A stretch of 64,000 nt of DNA. Source: the human T2T-CHM13v2.0 reference genome, Homo sapiens. This document shows, piece after piece, positions 17,631-41,469 of the stretch (positions are counted from its first letter, which is position 1; the number at the start of each line of letters is the position of its first letter). A program made the translations under genes and the position numbers. The notes under the pieces are model-generated. The model saw nothing but the letters and a program-made list of their open reading frames with translations, was not told where the DNA came from and did not search any database. The stretch lies in assembly GCF_009914755.1 (NCBI RefSeq), contig NC_060938.1. One strand, 5' to 3'.

Positions 17631-18436
17631 CTATTAGACATTTGTTTTTAGCAGGAGAAAATAATACCAATTTTATTAATATTAATTTTATGTGCACAGG
17701 GTGCTTTTATACAAAAGAAGTAAAACTCTCCCTAACAGATATTGCTAAAAATCCAAAAATACTCCCATGTAACCAAGGCAAAACAATTATTTTAGTACTA
17801 ATTTAAACAGTTTTTCAGATATATATATATATACACACACACATACATATACATTTTTTTAAATCACTGAGCAAATGTCCTCAAAATTTACACTAATCTT
17901 TTATTGAGGTAATATTTATATGCAGTAAAATACACAGATCTTAAAATGTACAATTTGTTGAGTTTTAGAAATGCTTATGTCTGTGTAACCATCATCTCAA
18001 CTGACATAGAGAACATTTTTTTTTTGTTTTTTTTTTTTGAGACGGTCTCCCGCCTCAGCCAAAGTACTGGGATTACAGGTGTGAGCCACCGCACCTGGCC
18101 TTATTATTCAATATAAAGTACTATGTTTTGAGTCCTCTCTAAAAAATATGTGCCTAAACCCAGGTTATGAAGATATTTTCCAGAATTTTCTTCTAGAAAC
18201 CTTGTAGTTTAGCTGTTATGTCTAAGGCCATGATCCATTTTGAATTAATTTTTGTCTACGGCATGAGATAGGTTTCAAGGTTTTTTCCCCTCATAAATGT
18301 ACCCAGTTGTTCTAAGTTTTTTTTTTTCTGAAAAACTTGCCTTTCCTCAATGAACTGCCTTGACATTTTTGTCAAAAACAAACTGACCATATATATCATA
18401 CATAATTTCAGTGGTTTTAGTTTTCACAATAAATTA

Positions 18437-18691
<255 letters not shown>

Positions 18692-19821
18692 TCAAAGAGA
18701 ATCTTATATATAATATTTTACTATAATGGTTACTCAAAACAGACATAAAACACAAAATGAAGAAAAAAACTATTTGTTGGTCTCTGTAAACTTTTCTTAA
18801 CCCACAGAGCAGTGGTTCTTAAGCATTTTTGGACCCTTTGAAAAATCTATGGAAAGCCATTGAACCCTCTCTTCCCTATCACCAAAAAGCATATACACAT
18901 AAACTATTCTATACAATTTCAGAGGAACTGTGGATACCCTGAAGTCAATAAACCTACTTGAAGTCTACGCAGGTCATGAATCCCAGTAATAAAGGTAACA
19001 TCTGAAAAACCATACTCCTTTACAAATTATAGAGGTGCTCTGTGAAATAGGTGCTACTCAGCTTTCACAATAGCACTGTCACCACCAGCTATGCTAAGCA
19101 CCCCACCTTTTTTTCTTTTTTTTTCTTTCTTTTCTTTTTTTTTTTAAGCAGCTGCATCCTTCTAGGGATGAGCCGTTTTTGTTTCTAAATTTTCTGTCCT
19201 AAATAATAATCCAGTCTGACTGGATATAAGAAATATGGTAAATAATAGTACCTAGCATACAGTAGGTGTCCTATAAATATTTGTTGAAAGAAATTTAAAA
19301 AAGTATTGCTTTCCTTTCTTTTCTTTTTTTGAGACAGGGTCTCACTCTGTCACCCAGGCTCACTGCAGACCTGGGGTCAAGCAACCCTCCCACCTCAGTC
19401 TCCCAAGTAGCTGGCACTACAGGTGTGTGCCACCATGACCTGGCTAATTTTTAAAACTTTTTGTAGAGATGAAGTCTCACCATGTTGCCCAGGCTGATCT
19501 TGAACTCCTGGGCTCAAGTGATCCTCCCACCTCAGCTTCCCAAAGTGCTGAGATTATAGCATGAGCCACTGCACCCAGCCTGCTTTAACTTTTTATGCCA
19601 TGAAGTCAGAAGGATATCAGAAGCACTAACACAAAAATAGATAACTTGAATAGCCTCATAGTTAAGCAAAAGTAATTTAAAACCCTCCCCACAAAAAACA
19701 CAGCATTGAAGTTAACCATTTTATTTGAAGTCTCAAAATTTACCATAGAATTCTTCCTAACATCACATCACGTGCCACCACTAAACCAACCATTGCCAAA
19801 CAATGATTAGTCTACGATTTA

Positions 19822-20172
<351 letters not shown>

Positions 20173-20546
20173 TTATAGCCTCATATTTTGTAAGTCTATA
20201 GGATTTATAGTAAAATCCCTTCTTTCATTTCTAATATTAGTTATTTGTGTATTCGTTCTTTTCTTGATCAGCATCTCAGAGGTTTATCAATGTTATTAAT
20301 CTTTTAAAGAACCAACTTTTGGCTTTTATGATCCTATTTTATGTTTGTTTTATATTTCATTTATTTTTGCTTTATCTTCATTATTTCTTCTGCTTTTTAT
20401 GTTCTTTTGCCAACTTCTTGAGATGGATACTTTGCTCATTTTTGTCAACCTTTCTTTTCTAATATGTACGTTTTCTCTAAAACTACTTTTGTAAAAACAC
20501 ACATATTTTCATATGGAATATTTTTGTAATCATCCAGTTCAAAATA

Positions 20547-20886
20547 CAGTCATCCTTCAGTGTCTGTGGGAAATTAGTTCCAGGACACCTGTGGATACCC
20601 AAATCCATGGATGCCCAAGTCCTTTATATATAATGGTGTAACACTGTATACAACCTACACACATCCTCCCATATACTTTAAATCATCTATAGGTTACTTG
20701 TAACACCTAATACAATGTAAATGCTATGTAATAGTGGTTATATTGTATTGTTTAGGAAATAATGACAAGAGAAAAGTCTGTATGTGTTCAGTACAAATGC
20801 AACCATCCATTATTTTCCCAAATACTGTTGATCTGAGGTTGGCTGAATCTATGGATTAAGAACCCAAGGATAAGAATGGTGGACTA
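20547..20886. mobile_element. MER2 (TcMar-Tigger) relic
   Basis: CAGTCATCC start, TA flanks, cacacatcctcccatatactttaaatcatct core. Confidence 0.88.
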
Positions 20887-21431
20887 TAGTTTCTAATTTC
20901 CATTATGGTTTCTTCTTTCACCTTAAGAATCTAGAAGCAAATTTCTTTAATTTTTAAACATGAGATTTTTTAAAAGGTTTTTAAAATTGATTTCTATAAT
21001 AATCACATGTCGTCAGAAAACATACTTTCTTTTTCATTTTTATTTAGTTATTTAATTTTTTTGAGACAGAGTCTCATTCTGCCACCCACGTTGGAATGCA
21101 GTAGTGCAATCATGGCTCACTGTAGCCTTGACCTCAAGCTGGTCTTGAACTTGTGAGCTCAAGCTATCCACTCACCTCTGCCTCCCAAAATGCTGGGATT
21201 ACAGGCATGAGCCACCATGCCTGGCCAGAAAACATATTTTCTATGATTTCAATCTTTTGAAATTTGTTGAGACTTGCATTATAGCCCATTATATGGGTCT
21301 ACCTGGCTTCATTGACAAACTCATCAAACATAAAGGAAGCAATACAACAATCTTAAGCGAACATTTAGAAAATTTTTTTTAAAAAGATACTCTCCAATTT
21401 ATTTTGGGACTAGACTTTATATAAAAACTCA

Positions 21432-21593
<162 letters not shown>

Positions 21594-22326
21594 TTAGCTG
21601 GGCATGGTGGCATATGCCTGTAGTCCCAGCTACTCAGAAGGCTAAAGCAAAAGGATTACTTGAGCCCAGAAGGTCAAGGCTACAGTGAGACATGATGGTG
21701 CCACTGCGCTCCAGCCTGGGGGAATGAGCAAGACCTCATCTCTAAAAGAAAACAAAATTATAGGCCATTTTCACTTATGAATCCAGAAAAAAAAAAAAGC
21801 CTAAGTAAAGTGTCACCTAACTAAATTCCATAATGTATACAAATAAGATTATACAATCACAGCCAGGCATGGTGGCTCGTAATCCCAGCACTTTGGGAGG
21901 CTGGAAGTGGGTGGATCATCTGAGGTCGGGAGTTCGAGACCAGACTGGACAACCTGGTGAAACCCCGTCTCTACTAAAAATATAAAAATCAGCTAGGTGT
22001 GGTGGCACAGGCTTGTAATCCTAGCTACTTGGGTGGCTAAGGCAGGAGAACTGCTTGAACCCGGGAGACAGACGCTGCCGTGAGCTGAGATCACTGCAAT
22101 CCAGCCTGGATGACTGAGCGAGACTCCATCTCAAAAAAAAAAAAAAGAAAAGAAAAAAAGAAAAATAATATGACCATCCCAATATATATGTAAAAAAGCC
22201 ATTTGAAAAATATTCAACATTCATTCATGATAAAATCTCTTTGTGGGCCCGGCACGGAGGCTCACACCTATAATCCCAGCACTTTAGGAGGCCGAGGCGG
22301 GTGGATCACTTGAGGTCAGGAGTTCA

Positions 22327-22593
<267 letters not shown>

Positions 22594-22672
22594 CTACAAT
22601 AGGCTGGGTGCGGTGGCTCAGACCTGTAATCCCAGCACTTTGGGAGGCTGAGACGGGGGGATCACAAGGTCA

Positions 22673-22831
<159 letters not shown>

Positions 22832-23103
22832 TCATGCCACCGCACTCCAGCCTGAGCGACAGAGCAAGACTCCATCTCAAAGAAAAAACAAAACAAAACA
22901 AAAAAAGCTACAATAAAATCATAGTTAATAGTAAGACAAGACACTGACAGCTTTCCTTTGGAGATCAAGGAAAAGGATATTTTCTATTATCATTTCTATT
23001 CCACATTATATTTGGAGGTCCTGGCTATTGCAGTAAACCAAGAAAAAGAAAATTTCAGAATTGGTAAAGAAGAAACAAATTTGCAGATCATCTGACTGCC
23101 CAT

Positions 23104-23504
23104 TGTGATGGTTAATTTTGGGGTGCCCATATAACTGGTTACACACTATTTCTGGGTATGTCTGTCAGGGTATCTCTGGAGGAGATTAACATTTGAGTTG
23201 GTAGACTGAGAAAAGCAGACTACCCTCCCCAGTGTGGCCTTATCCACTTGACTAAAGGCCTGAATAGAACAAAAGGCTGAGAAAGAATTCTTTCTCTCTG
23301 CCTGACTGTATTTGAGCTGGGACATCGGTCTTCTGCCTTCAGACTGATACTCAGACTGGAATTTATATCATCAGCTCTTCTGGTTCTCAGGCCTTCAGAC
23401 TAGGACTAGAATTATACCATTGGCTTTTCTGGGTCTGCAGCTTGACAAATGCAGATCTTGGACTTCTGGGCCACCATAACCTCATGAGCCTATTTCCTTA
23501 AATG

Positions 23505-23567
<63 letters not shown>

Positions 23568-23600
23568 TCCTATTGGTTCTGCTTCTCTGAAGAATCCATG
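23104..23600 (+). mobile_element. MLT2 (ERVL) solo LTR containing a (TG)n tract
   Basis: TGTGATGGTTAATTTT start; tcctattggttctgcttctctgaagaa end. Confidence 0.85.
23508..23566 (+). repeat. (GT)~29 microsatellite
   Basis: Read directly. Confidence 0.97.
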
Positions 23601-23712
23601 CACCCATGGAGGACAAAATAATGTACCCATGCAGGACAAAAATATTGTACACATAAATTACCTGAACTCATAAAAAATAAACTTTTCTTTCTATGTACCA
23701 GCAACAAAGCTA

Positions 23713-23853
<141 letters not shown>

Positions 23854-25324
23854 TTAGCCAGATGTGGTGGCACGCAACTGTAGTCCCAGCTACACGGGAG
23901 GCTGATGTGGGAGGATCACCTGAACCCGGAGGTCGAGGCTGCAGTGAGCCATGATTATGCCACTGCACTCCAGCTTGGGTGAGAGTGAGACCTTGTCTCA
24001 AAAAAAAAAAAAATTAAATAGCATTTACAGTAGAATTTAAAATACCGTGTACCTTGAGTACCTGATAAGGTACACATGACTCCTAGGGAGAAAACTAGAC
24101 TTTAAGAAAAATTAAAGAGCTAAATAAATGAAAGATGATACCACGTTGGTGAACTGTCAGACTTAATATTGTATACAACTGAATTCTCTCAAAATTGATA
24201 CATGCAGTTATAAAATCACAATCAAAACCAAGCAGGTTGTTTTGCTAAAAATGCCAAGATAATTTCAACATGTAAATAAAAGTGCAAAAAGCTAAGAAAA
24301 TCAGTCATATATTCTTTTTTTAAAATTACTGACAACAAAGTCATATGTCTGTAAGGAAGTACAAGGATTTGCTCCAATGGTTGTCAGGATTTATTACAAA
24401 GCTATAGTAATGAAGAATGTGACAATGGCATAAGGATAGAGAAAGAAATCAATGGGACATAACAGAGTCCACAAACAAGTCCACATATATATAGACGCTT
24501 ATTTACACAGATGGCACTGTAGAGTATGAGGTGTGGCAGAGAGTTGCAGGGAGGCAGGGAAGTGTATGAATAGTGTTGAACCACTGCAGAAAAAGAAAAT
24601 CAACTCCTACTTCAACCTTTACCCAAAAATCAATCCTAGCTGCATGTTAGGCCTAATAAATAAATATACCCAATAAAGCTCTGACAGTGTAAAACTAGAT
24701 AATATCTTCATGATTTCAGGATTGAAAAAGATTTCTTATATAGGACACAAAAAATTACTAGCTATGAAGGAAAGAACTGATAAACTTTATATTAAACTTT
24801 AAAATTTAGGTTTCTCAAAAGACATCTTTAAGAAAGTAAAAAGGCAAGTTACAGAGTTGGAGAAGATATATGTAGTACATGTAACAAAAGGCTCATATCT
24901 AGAATATATAGAGAACTCCTAAAAATTCAGTAAGAAAAAAAATGATAAAAATCCCAAGAGAAAAAATGGGCAAAAAACCCTTAAACTAGCACTTCACAAA
25001 AGAATAAATTCAAATAGCCTATATATATATTAAAAAGTGCTCTAGCTCTTAAGTAATCAGAAAAATGTAAATTAAACGACCATGAAAACTATCCACTCAC
25101 CAGGCAGCAAAACTAAAAATTCTGATAATATCAAATGTTGGTAACTATGTGGAGCAATGGGAACGATCACACACTGCTACTGGAATGTAAAATGTTTCAA
25201 TCACTTTCAAAAACTTTGCCATTAAGTACTAAAGTTCAAGATATGTATAGTCTATGACTGAGCAATTCCACTATAGGATATATATATATATATATTCAGG
25301 ATAGATTTACATATATTTCTTTAG

Positions 25325-26062
<738 letters not shown>

Positions 26063-26500
26063 CTCTAGAGAAATGTTTACCAGAAGACATACGCTAGAAG
26101 GCTCATAAATAACATTATTAATAATACCTTCCAAAACTAGAAAAGAATTCAAATATTCATCCAGAATGGGACAGATAAATTGTGGCTTATTAATACAATG
26201 GAATACACACAGTCAAAAAAATGCAGTAATAATGACAGCTACATAAAATGTGGATGCACCCTGAAAAAATGTTGGCAGAAAGAAGCCAGATAAAAAGAAT
26301 ACATACAATGGGATTCCATTCACAAAGTCAGACAAAATTAAATACAAAAATAAAAAATAAACAAATTCAGAACAAATTAAACAATGGTGTTAAGGGATAC
26401 ACGCTGAGATGGAAAAACTATTAAGAAAATCAAAACAGGCCAGGCGCGGTGGCTCGCGCCTATAATCCCAGCACTTTGGGAGGCCAAGGCAGGCGGATCA

Positions 26501-26854
<354 letters not shown>

Positions 26855-28087
26855 TTACACATTTTCTGATTATATGTTACACTTCACCATAAATGAGGTT
26901 TTCAAAAGTTTGAGAATCATCTAGCAAACAGAGGAAATTGAGGGGGGAAATTATCAATAAAATAAGTCTAAAGGGCTTTTCTAGTGCCCATGTCACTGAA
27001 CAAAATTTTAATGTCAGGACCCTGGAGACAAAGAGAATATCCTACAAGACTGGGAGGACAGGGAAGTGAGGAGGAGTAGATTATATATGAGAAGCAGACA
27101 TTAGCTTCAGATTTCAACAGTAATACTAGAAGCTAGATGGTAATGATGTTCAGCCTGGAATCCAAGATACCAGCAATATCAAATGCCATGCTAACGTGAC
27201 ATTCTTAGATAGAATAAGGTCCAAAACTTTATCTCTCACGTAGTCTTTCTCATTAACCTTCTGTCATTTGTACTACACTAAAACAAGGGTATGAATCAAG
27301 AAAGAAAAATATGGAATAAAGAAAATAAAGGAATCAATAGAGAAGAAAGGTCAAAGGAATGCCCAGGATAAAATGAAAGGAAATTATAGGATGAGAGCTG
27401 TAAAACAGGAATAAAGGTGACCAGTCCACACTGGTGCAGGTCAGAAGGCTCTGGGAGAGACTGTCTCAAGAAAACAAACTTGACAGAGTATGCAATGGGA
27501 TGAAAATCTTGATAGGATATTTAGAAAACTGGTAAAAAGTTTGAATTTGGTAATAAGTGTACTACATAGAAAAACACACAAACAAGAAAACAAGATAATT
27601 AATAACTCCAGTAAAAGCAGTGAGTTAGAAAAGAAAAAGCAGATTAAATAGCATTTATAGGCTGGGTGTGGTGGTTCATGCCTATGATCTCAGCACTTTG
27701 GGAGGCCAAGGTGGGGGTGGATCACTTGAGGCCAGGAGTTCAAGACCAGCCTGGCCTACACAGTGAAACCCCGTCTCTACTAAAAATACAAAAATTAGCT
27801 GGGCCTGGTGGTGCGTGCCTGTAATCTCAGCTTGAACCCTGGAGGTGGAGGTTGAGGTGAGTGGAGATTGTGCCACTGCACTCCAGCCTGGCCGACAGAG
27901 TGAGACCCTGTCCCCCCCACCCCAAAAAAAAACCCCAAAAATAGCATTTACAGTCATAATAATGTAAACTTTGAATATTAATCCAACTCAAATTAAGATA
28001 TAACTTTGAAGTGGGGGAAGAGAAAGTGGAAAGTGTGTGTGTGGTTGGAGGGGAATGTATGTGCATATTAAAGAATATTAAATCCTT

Positions 28088-28158
28088 TGTGCCACTGCAC
28101 TCCAGTCTGGGCAACAGAGTGAGTCCCTGCCAAGAAAAAAAAAAAAAAAGAGAAAAAA
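28088..28158 (+). mobile_element. Severely 5'-truncated Alu with TSD
   Basis: About 45 bp of Alu 3' end plus A tail; AGAATATTAAATCCTT repeated on both sides. Confidence 0.85.
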
Positions 28159-28888
28159 GAGAATATTAAATCCTTACCCTCCGTGGTAGGAAGTCAACAG
28201 ATAACATCCAAAACAGAAAAAAACATGAAATAGCAATATAAGCACTTTTTCTTTCTTAGAAATATAGAAGTAAATAAATCACTTTGAAAAGTTAAAATGG
28301 TTTTCTCTAGGAAACAGAAAATTTTGTGTTTAAGGGGGAAGTAATGCTATTTTTCATAAGCTTTGCAGAGCGAATTATCTTTTTATTTACATAAATAATT
28401 TTGACAAAATACAAACTAATTGATAAAGAAAAATAATTTTGAATTGGGGAATGGGGAAGTGGAAGGCCATAGTAAGGAAAGACTACTCTTTGAAGAAGTC
28501 TGGTCCAAAAAGTCTAGCAGTAAGGCAATTAGAAATTCATATAGGACCAATAATAAAAAAAAAAAATCAGGCTTTCTAATGTATTTCTATGTTAGAAATA
28601 TGTTTCTAACATATTTTCTAATAAATTCAAATTAGGTTTTGGAGAAATAAATATTTCCTCTTATACCCTGCACTTCTTTAACACAGCCAGAGATAACTTA
28701 ATTACATTTTAGCCATACATTTCTAATAGATCAATCGACTTTTAAAAGACATTTTTAAAAAAGTAGACATTTAACTAGGCGTAGTGGGGTGCCTGTAGTC
28801 CCAGCTACTCTAGTGGCTGAGGTGGGAGGATTCCTTGGGCCGAGGAGTTTCAGGCTTCCAAACATAATGAGACTCCATCTTTAAATAA

Positions 28889-29375
<487 letters not shown>

Positions 29376-29874
29376 AAGGTTGTTTCTTATAACATCTTTC
29401 CATAAAAAGCCAAGGGCCCCACTCAGTGAAAATGATTGAACATGAGAATTAAGATAATGTCTAACTGGGATGGATTCTTTTTCTGTGATTATGATTTTGT
29501 TAAATAAGCTACAAAGCAATTTGAACATCAAGCATCAAAGTTTCTTATGCCAAACTTCTTAATTTCAAATATGAAAACAGTCATAAAAATAAACACACAA
29601 TGTTAAAATCTCACCCATAAATGCTGTAACAGGACATCAAGAGGACAATGGAAGAGAACCATGCTTTACACTTCTACAGAGACAGTAAACATAAAATTAC
29701 CACGACAGAACCAATTTGCCTATCATATTTTTTGAAAGCCTAGTCAGAAAAAGAGCAATTAAAATAATTTCCAGTCTTTAACAGTAGATTAACAAGTCAG
29801 ACCTGTATTTTAGTTACACCATATTTTCAAATTGCCAGAAGGCATTTCCTTACTGTAACACTATAAATAGAATT

Positions 29875-29984
29875 GTTAGTGGGTGCAGCGCACCAGCATG
29901 GCACATGTATACATATGTAACTAACCTGCACAATGTGCACATGTACCCTAAAACTTAAAGTATAATAAAAAAAAACAAAAAACA
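29875..29984 (+). mobile_element. ~95-bp 3' end of a young L1 (L1PA2-like)
   Basis: GTTAGTGGGTGCAGCGCACCAGCATGG...CCCTAAAACTTAAAGTATAATAAAA. Confidence 0.9.
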
Positions 29985-30658
29985 AAATAGTCTCATACTA
30001 TAAATCCATGTGTAGACACACACAAAAGCACTTTAACTTTTTACCCTGATAAACCACTACATTTGACAAGTTATAGAAATGTTATTTCCTAATTTATATT
30101 TTTCAGTTTTCCATCTTCACATTTAAATTAAAAATCTTGCTAATGCACTTGTTCAGTAATTAACATTTGAGTTTCAGGTACAATGTGGAAATAAATCCTT
30201 TTGGATATAGAGTCTGACTGATATTTATTTTTGCCAAATTCTTCATTGTGTTGCCAAGATTTCCACAAGGATGCAAATATCTCAAACATCAATTAAGAAT
30301 ACTGGCAATGTTTTCATTATTAAATGTTTTGGGTTTTTTTTGTTTTTTTTTTTGAGATGGAGTCTCGCTGTTTCACCCAGGCTGGAGTGCAGTGGCAGCA
30401 ATCTTGGCTCACTGCAACCTCCACCTCCCAGATTCAAGAGATCCACCTGCCTCAGCCTCCCAAGTAGCTGGGACTACAGGTGTGCACCATCACGCCCAGC
30501 TAATTTTGGTATTTTCAGTAGAGACAGGGTTTCATCATGTTGGCCAGGCTAGTCTTGAACTCCTGAGCTCAGGTAATCTGCCTGCCTCAGCCTCCCAAAG
30601 TGTTGGGATTATGGACGTGAGCCACGACACCCAGCCCATTATGAAATATTAAAATTCA

Positions 30659-33965
<3,307 letters not shown>

Positions 33966-34357
33966 TAATTCTAAAATATAATATTCTAAGGCAACATTTT
34001 TCTAATCAAAGTGTATAATTAAAAATTGAAACCACAGCTGCATACTCTAAACTCATTAAGATCAGGAACCATTTCTCGTTTGTTTTTTGGGGGGCAGGGG
34101 AGAGGTGTGGAGACAGAATCTTGCTCTGTCACCCAGGCTGGAGTGCAGTGGTGTGATCACCACTCACTGTTAAGCCTCGAACTCCTGGGCTCAAGTGATC
34201 CTTCCACCTCAGCCTCCCTTGTGACTGGGACTACAGGTGGGCACTACCACACCAGCTCCCATTTCTTGTTTTCGGTCTCCTCCTCCTATTTCCCTACACC
34301 TGTATGCTTAGCATACAGGTAATCTAGTATGTCATTAAAAGAACAGACCCTGCATTG

Positions 34358-34883
<526 letters not shown>

Positions 34884-35974
34884 CTATTCCTCCCACTGTC
34901 CATTAATAATTCTCAGAGTCCATGCTCTTAATTAGGTACTTTCAGCAGGCTTTCACAATGTAAGTTTATTTAAAATGCAGATAAGTACAGGCCAAGAAGC
35001 TATTTCTACTTAATATTAGGTGAGAGCTTACCATAATATAATCAAATATGTAAAAAAGATTAGCTGAAGCAAAAATTTTTGTCATCAAAGTTTTCTTTGA
35101 ATGGCCTATGACCCAGAAGCACCTTCCCATAAAGGCAGGTCATTTGCTTGTAAACCCAAGACAGTACAGGCTAGAAAAATGGTTCCCAATTTGTTCCAGT
35201 GGCAGATCATTTGGAAATCAGTGTTCTTTGCAGAACGTGAAATTTTAAGACTCATATTCTATCACAGCAGGGACAATGCTAGTAATGACTTTAAAACTTA
35301 AAATCAAACTACAGGAACATGTTTCTAAGAAAAAAACCAAAAAGTATTAAAAGCCATTTTCCCTTTAAAACCTCCATGATCATTCGCTCATTTATTTTAC
35401 AATCTTTCACTACTCACTAGCAAGTAAATTGCAGCAGACAACAAAGATTTTTTTTTCTAATTTATGGAAGAAAAATAAAATTGAAAAAATAATTGCTTTT
35501 TTTCCCCTGTGAACTGGGAAAAGATCGCTATTAAATTTGTTTCATTCACTTATGTTTAATAAATTCCCAGGCCAAACACCCACGTCTGTCAGGACACTTT
35601 CTAAACAGCCATATGTACTCTTTCCTAAAGAAGATCTGCCTGACAAGGTGCCTGCACACAGTGAGTAAAGCAGGGTCTCCTTTTATACCTGTTTTCACAG
35701 TTGCCCTCTCATTTTACTAAGAAAGGCAGATCTCTCACTTATCTTGAAATTCTCTATAGGATACATGTTGCTCTGAAGTGCAATAAATAAATCCTAGACA
35801 CTAAACAAAGAGATAATTACAAATATTTTCATTTAAGTATCTTGCCTCTTCCATCCTCTAGCCTAGTGGAAAAATACATCCTCCTGAGGGGACAGGCCCA
35901 TGAAAATAAAAAGAAAGCATCTTTAAGATTTTTAAAAAATTAGCCAAGTGTGGTGGCATGTGCCTGCAGTCCTA

Positions 35975-36109
<135 letters not shown>

Positions 36110-36559
36110 TCAAAAGACAGGTTTTAAAGCTTTACGGTTGTAGGGAAAATCCTTTTAAATTCAATATGTAGACTTTTTTGTTGTTGTAAGGAGTATAAAT
36201 AAAAAAGTGCGATTAAAGACTTAAATCTAAAAATATCATATTAGAATTATGCAGGGGAAATATAATGAAAAAAGTTCACAGAGAAAAAAAGGACAATGTA
36301 AAATTTCCAACTTTTAAAGACACACTTTTCATGTGTATTTTTAAAAAATGATGGTGGATATCAAATTATTTTGGTATTTAAATTCCATTCAGCACATTTA
36401 AAAGACTGATGCAACTGTTTTACCTTAAAACATCAGTATTTATAACACATATGAAATTACATCTACTGCAACTATTTAAATGTAAAATGAAAATTTCTAG
36501 ATGTCAGCATAAAAATGTGCAAGTTTTTCAAAATTCTTTTGGGGATACACAGCAAAAAA

Positions 36560-38810
<2,251 letters not shown>

Positions 38811-41469
38811 AACTATAATATACTTTGTATGTAAGAAGTAGTTTTTGGCAGGCAGGTGGCTCACTCCTGTAATCCCAGAACTTTGGGAGGCCAAGGCTGG
38901 AGGATCACTTGAGTCCAGGAATTTGAGACCAGCCAGAGGACATAGCAAGACCTTGTCTCCACAAAAAAATAAGAAAATTAGCTGGGTGTAGTGGCACATG
39001 CCTGTAGTCCCAGCTACTCAGGAGGCTATAGTGGGAGGATCATTTGAGCCCAGGAGTTGGAGGCTGCAGTGAGCTATGATCATGCCACTGTACTCCAGCC
39101 TGCGTAGCAGAGCAAAACCCTGTCAAAAAAAAAAAAAAAAAAAAAAAGAGAGAGAGAGAGAAATAGTGTTTGAGTTTACAAAATGACCTAATGAGGAAGA
39201 AAACTGGAGTACAGAAAACTTTACTTAGAAGAGCTAATACTAGTCCTTATATCTAGATCTTGGTATTATTTTCATCTTGTTGCTTCACTTCTACATGTTA
39301 AAATGTGAATGTGTAATACTTTATCCATTTGAAAAAACTTTGTACTAGCATATATTCTTATGTAAAAGAAGAAAATAATTTTTTATGGACATGGGGTCTC
39401 GCTATGTTGGCCAGGTTGGTCTTGAACTCCTGGCCTCAAGCAATCCTCCCATCTCAGCCTCCCAAAGTACTAGGATTACAGGCATGAGCTACTGCACCTG
39501 GCCCATGGAAGAAAATAATTTTTGGTTGTTAATTTTTAACATGAGATAATGCTAAATCCACTAGTTACATTAAAATTCCTTTTGATTCAAATATGCAGGA
39601 TATAATCAAATTACTGTTCCCTTGAAAGAGAGTCCATGGTTAATACAAAAGACATATAGTTGATTTATGTCAAGGGGTAACACAGGTAATGCTTTGAATA
39701 CTCAGCATAAAACACTTTAATGGAATATTATTGCTCCAAATATACCATACCAAAATTAAACCAAAAATAGAAGGCTACTTAATCATTGCTGACAGGGAGC
39801 CAAGTACAGCAAGTTAAAGTACATTCCTACCGCTCATCTAGTTCTGGCTGAACTCTTCGGGTCAGTTTGGGTCATTATTAGTTTGGAATAATTCCAAATG
39901 ACTCCCTCGAGTTCTACTGTTACATTCAGCGGCTTTAGGAATTCCAGAACAGGCTCATGTCACAAAAATCACAGGATCTCTTATTAGTTTTTGGCTTTGA
40001 CTTGAAGTAATCTTTTCAAAAAGCAATTCTGATCAAGTTAATCTAATTACTTTGCTATGTAAATGAGAACCCAACAGGACTTCCTATTCTCAGGCAGAGA
40101 CCTTAACTCAGTGTACCTACAGTCTACCATACTAGCTTCATCCACTTATTCTTCTTGTTTTTTAAAATAAGTCATTAAATTCAGAATCTGAGACCTATTC
40201 AAAACAAACAAACAAATCATGTTCTTACTTTCCCCTCAGCCTCAAATCCTTCCCCCCCGCCCTTTTTTTTTCTTGTTAATTCTACTGATCTTTCAGATAA
40301 TTGTTTACTTCCTTATTGTCTGTCTCTCTGCCACAGCCACTTAGAACACAAGCTTTATAACAGCAGGGGCTCTGCTACATCTTCCGTATCAAGAACAGTG
40401 TCTGCAGCCAGGCGACGTAGCTTACACCTGTAATCCCAGCATTTTTGGAGGCCAAGGTGGGAGGATCGCTTGAGCCCAGGAGTTCAAGACCAGCCTGGAG
40501 ACAGTAATATTACTATATTTGAATATATAATCCAGAAAGAAGCACAAATGTTGCTTGCTTAAAGTCTTCTTTGACTCTCATATATCAATGACACCAGTTA
40601 TATTTTCTCAGATCACCCTGTACTTTTCTTGTGGGCCTCAGGAAAGATCCAGTGCCATCTTCTAAAACAAACTTCCAAGAGACATTTGTACAAACGCAGA
40701 AACACTAGGATCTCAGTAGAACTTCACAAAACCATTTTTAAATCAAAGCCCCTACCGATCTTTTTCCTTGCCGTAGACTGCTATTAATTAACCCAGACAT
40801 TCTCTCACACCTCTTGCCTTTTAGATATCTAAGAGCAAATTGTCACAGGGTGGGGAGGTCGATATTTAACCTGAATCTAATTGGACTCAGGAACAAAGTA
40901 ATTCAACCAATTCTTTCTAGCTTTCTCTGACATTTTTAACTACAGCTGGCAAGAAAACAGCCATGTTCTTTTCTATGGCTAGCCTGGTGAAAAACACCTT
41001 ACAGAAAAGACATCTACAAAATAAATATCAGGGACTGTAAAATCTGATAAAATGATTTTGAGGCATATTTCCCATATGAAGAATGCTGATTTATCTCAAC
41101 ATATAATCAAATAACACATGCATATAGTACCAAGGGATTTCAACGACACAGGTAATAAACTGCATTTACAAATATACACCATGCTCTTTTTTCCCCAAGT
41201 AACACAATAGCTTCAATGATCTTGGGGAGCAGTGGTGAAGGCAATTATGTTCTAGGCTCTTTTAGGGAAGATACATAATTTAGCAGTAATGTTAACAATC
41301 CATGCATTATCCATTAGTAGTGTCATTTCACTCTGCTTTGTAGCTCTCTGTTTTTAAATGATCTAGGTGAGGTTCTATTTTAAAAGTTTAAGAACAAGCA
41401 AAAAGCTAAAGAACACCACATTTCTATTCCCAAAATTATTTTTCCATAAACCTATTTGTCTATCTCTGT

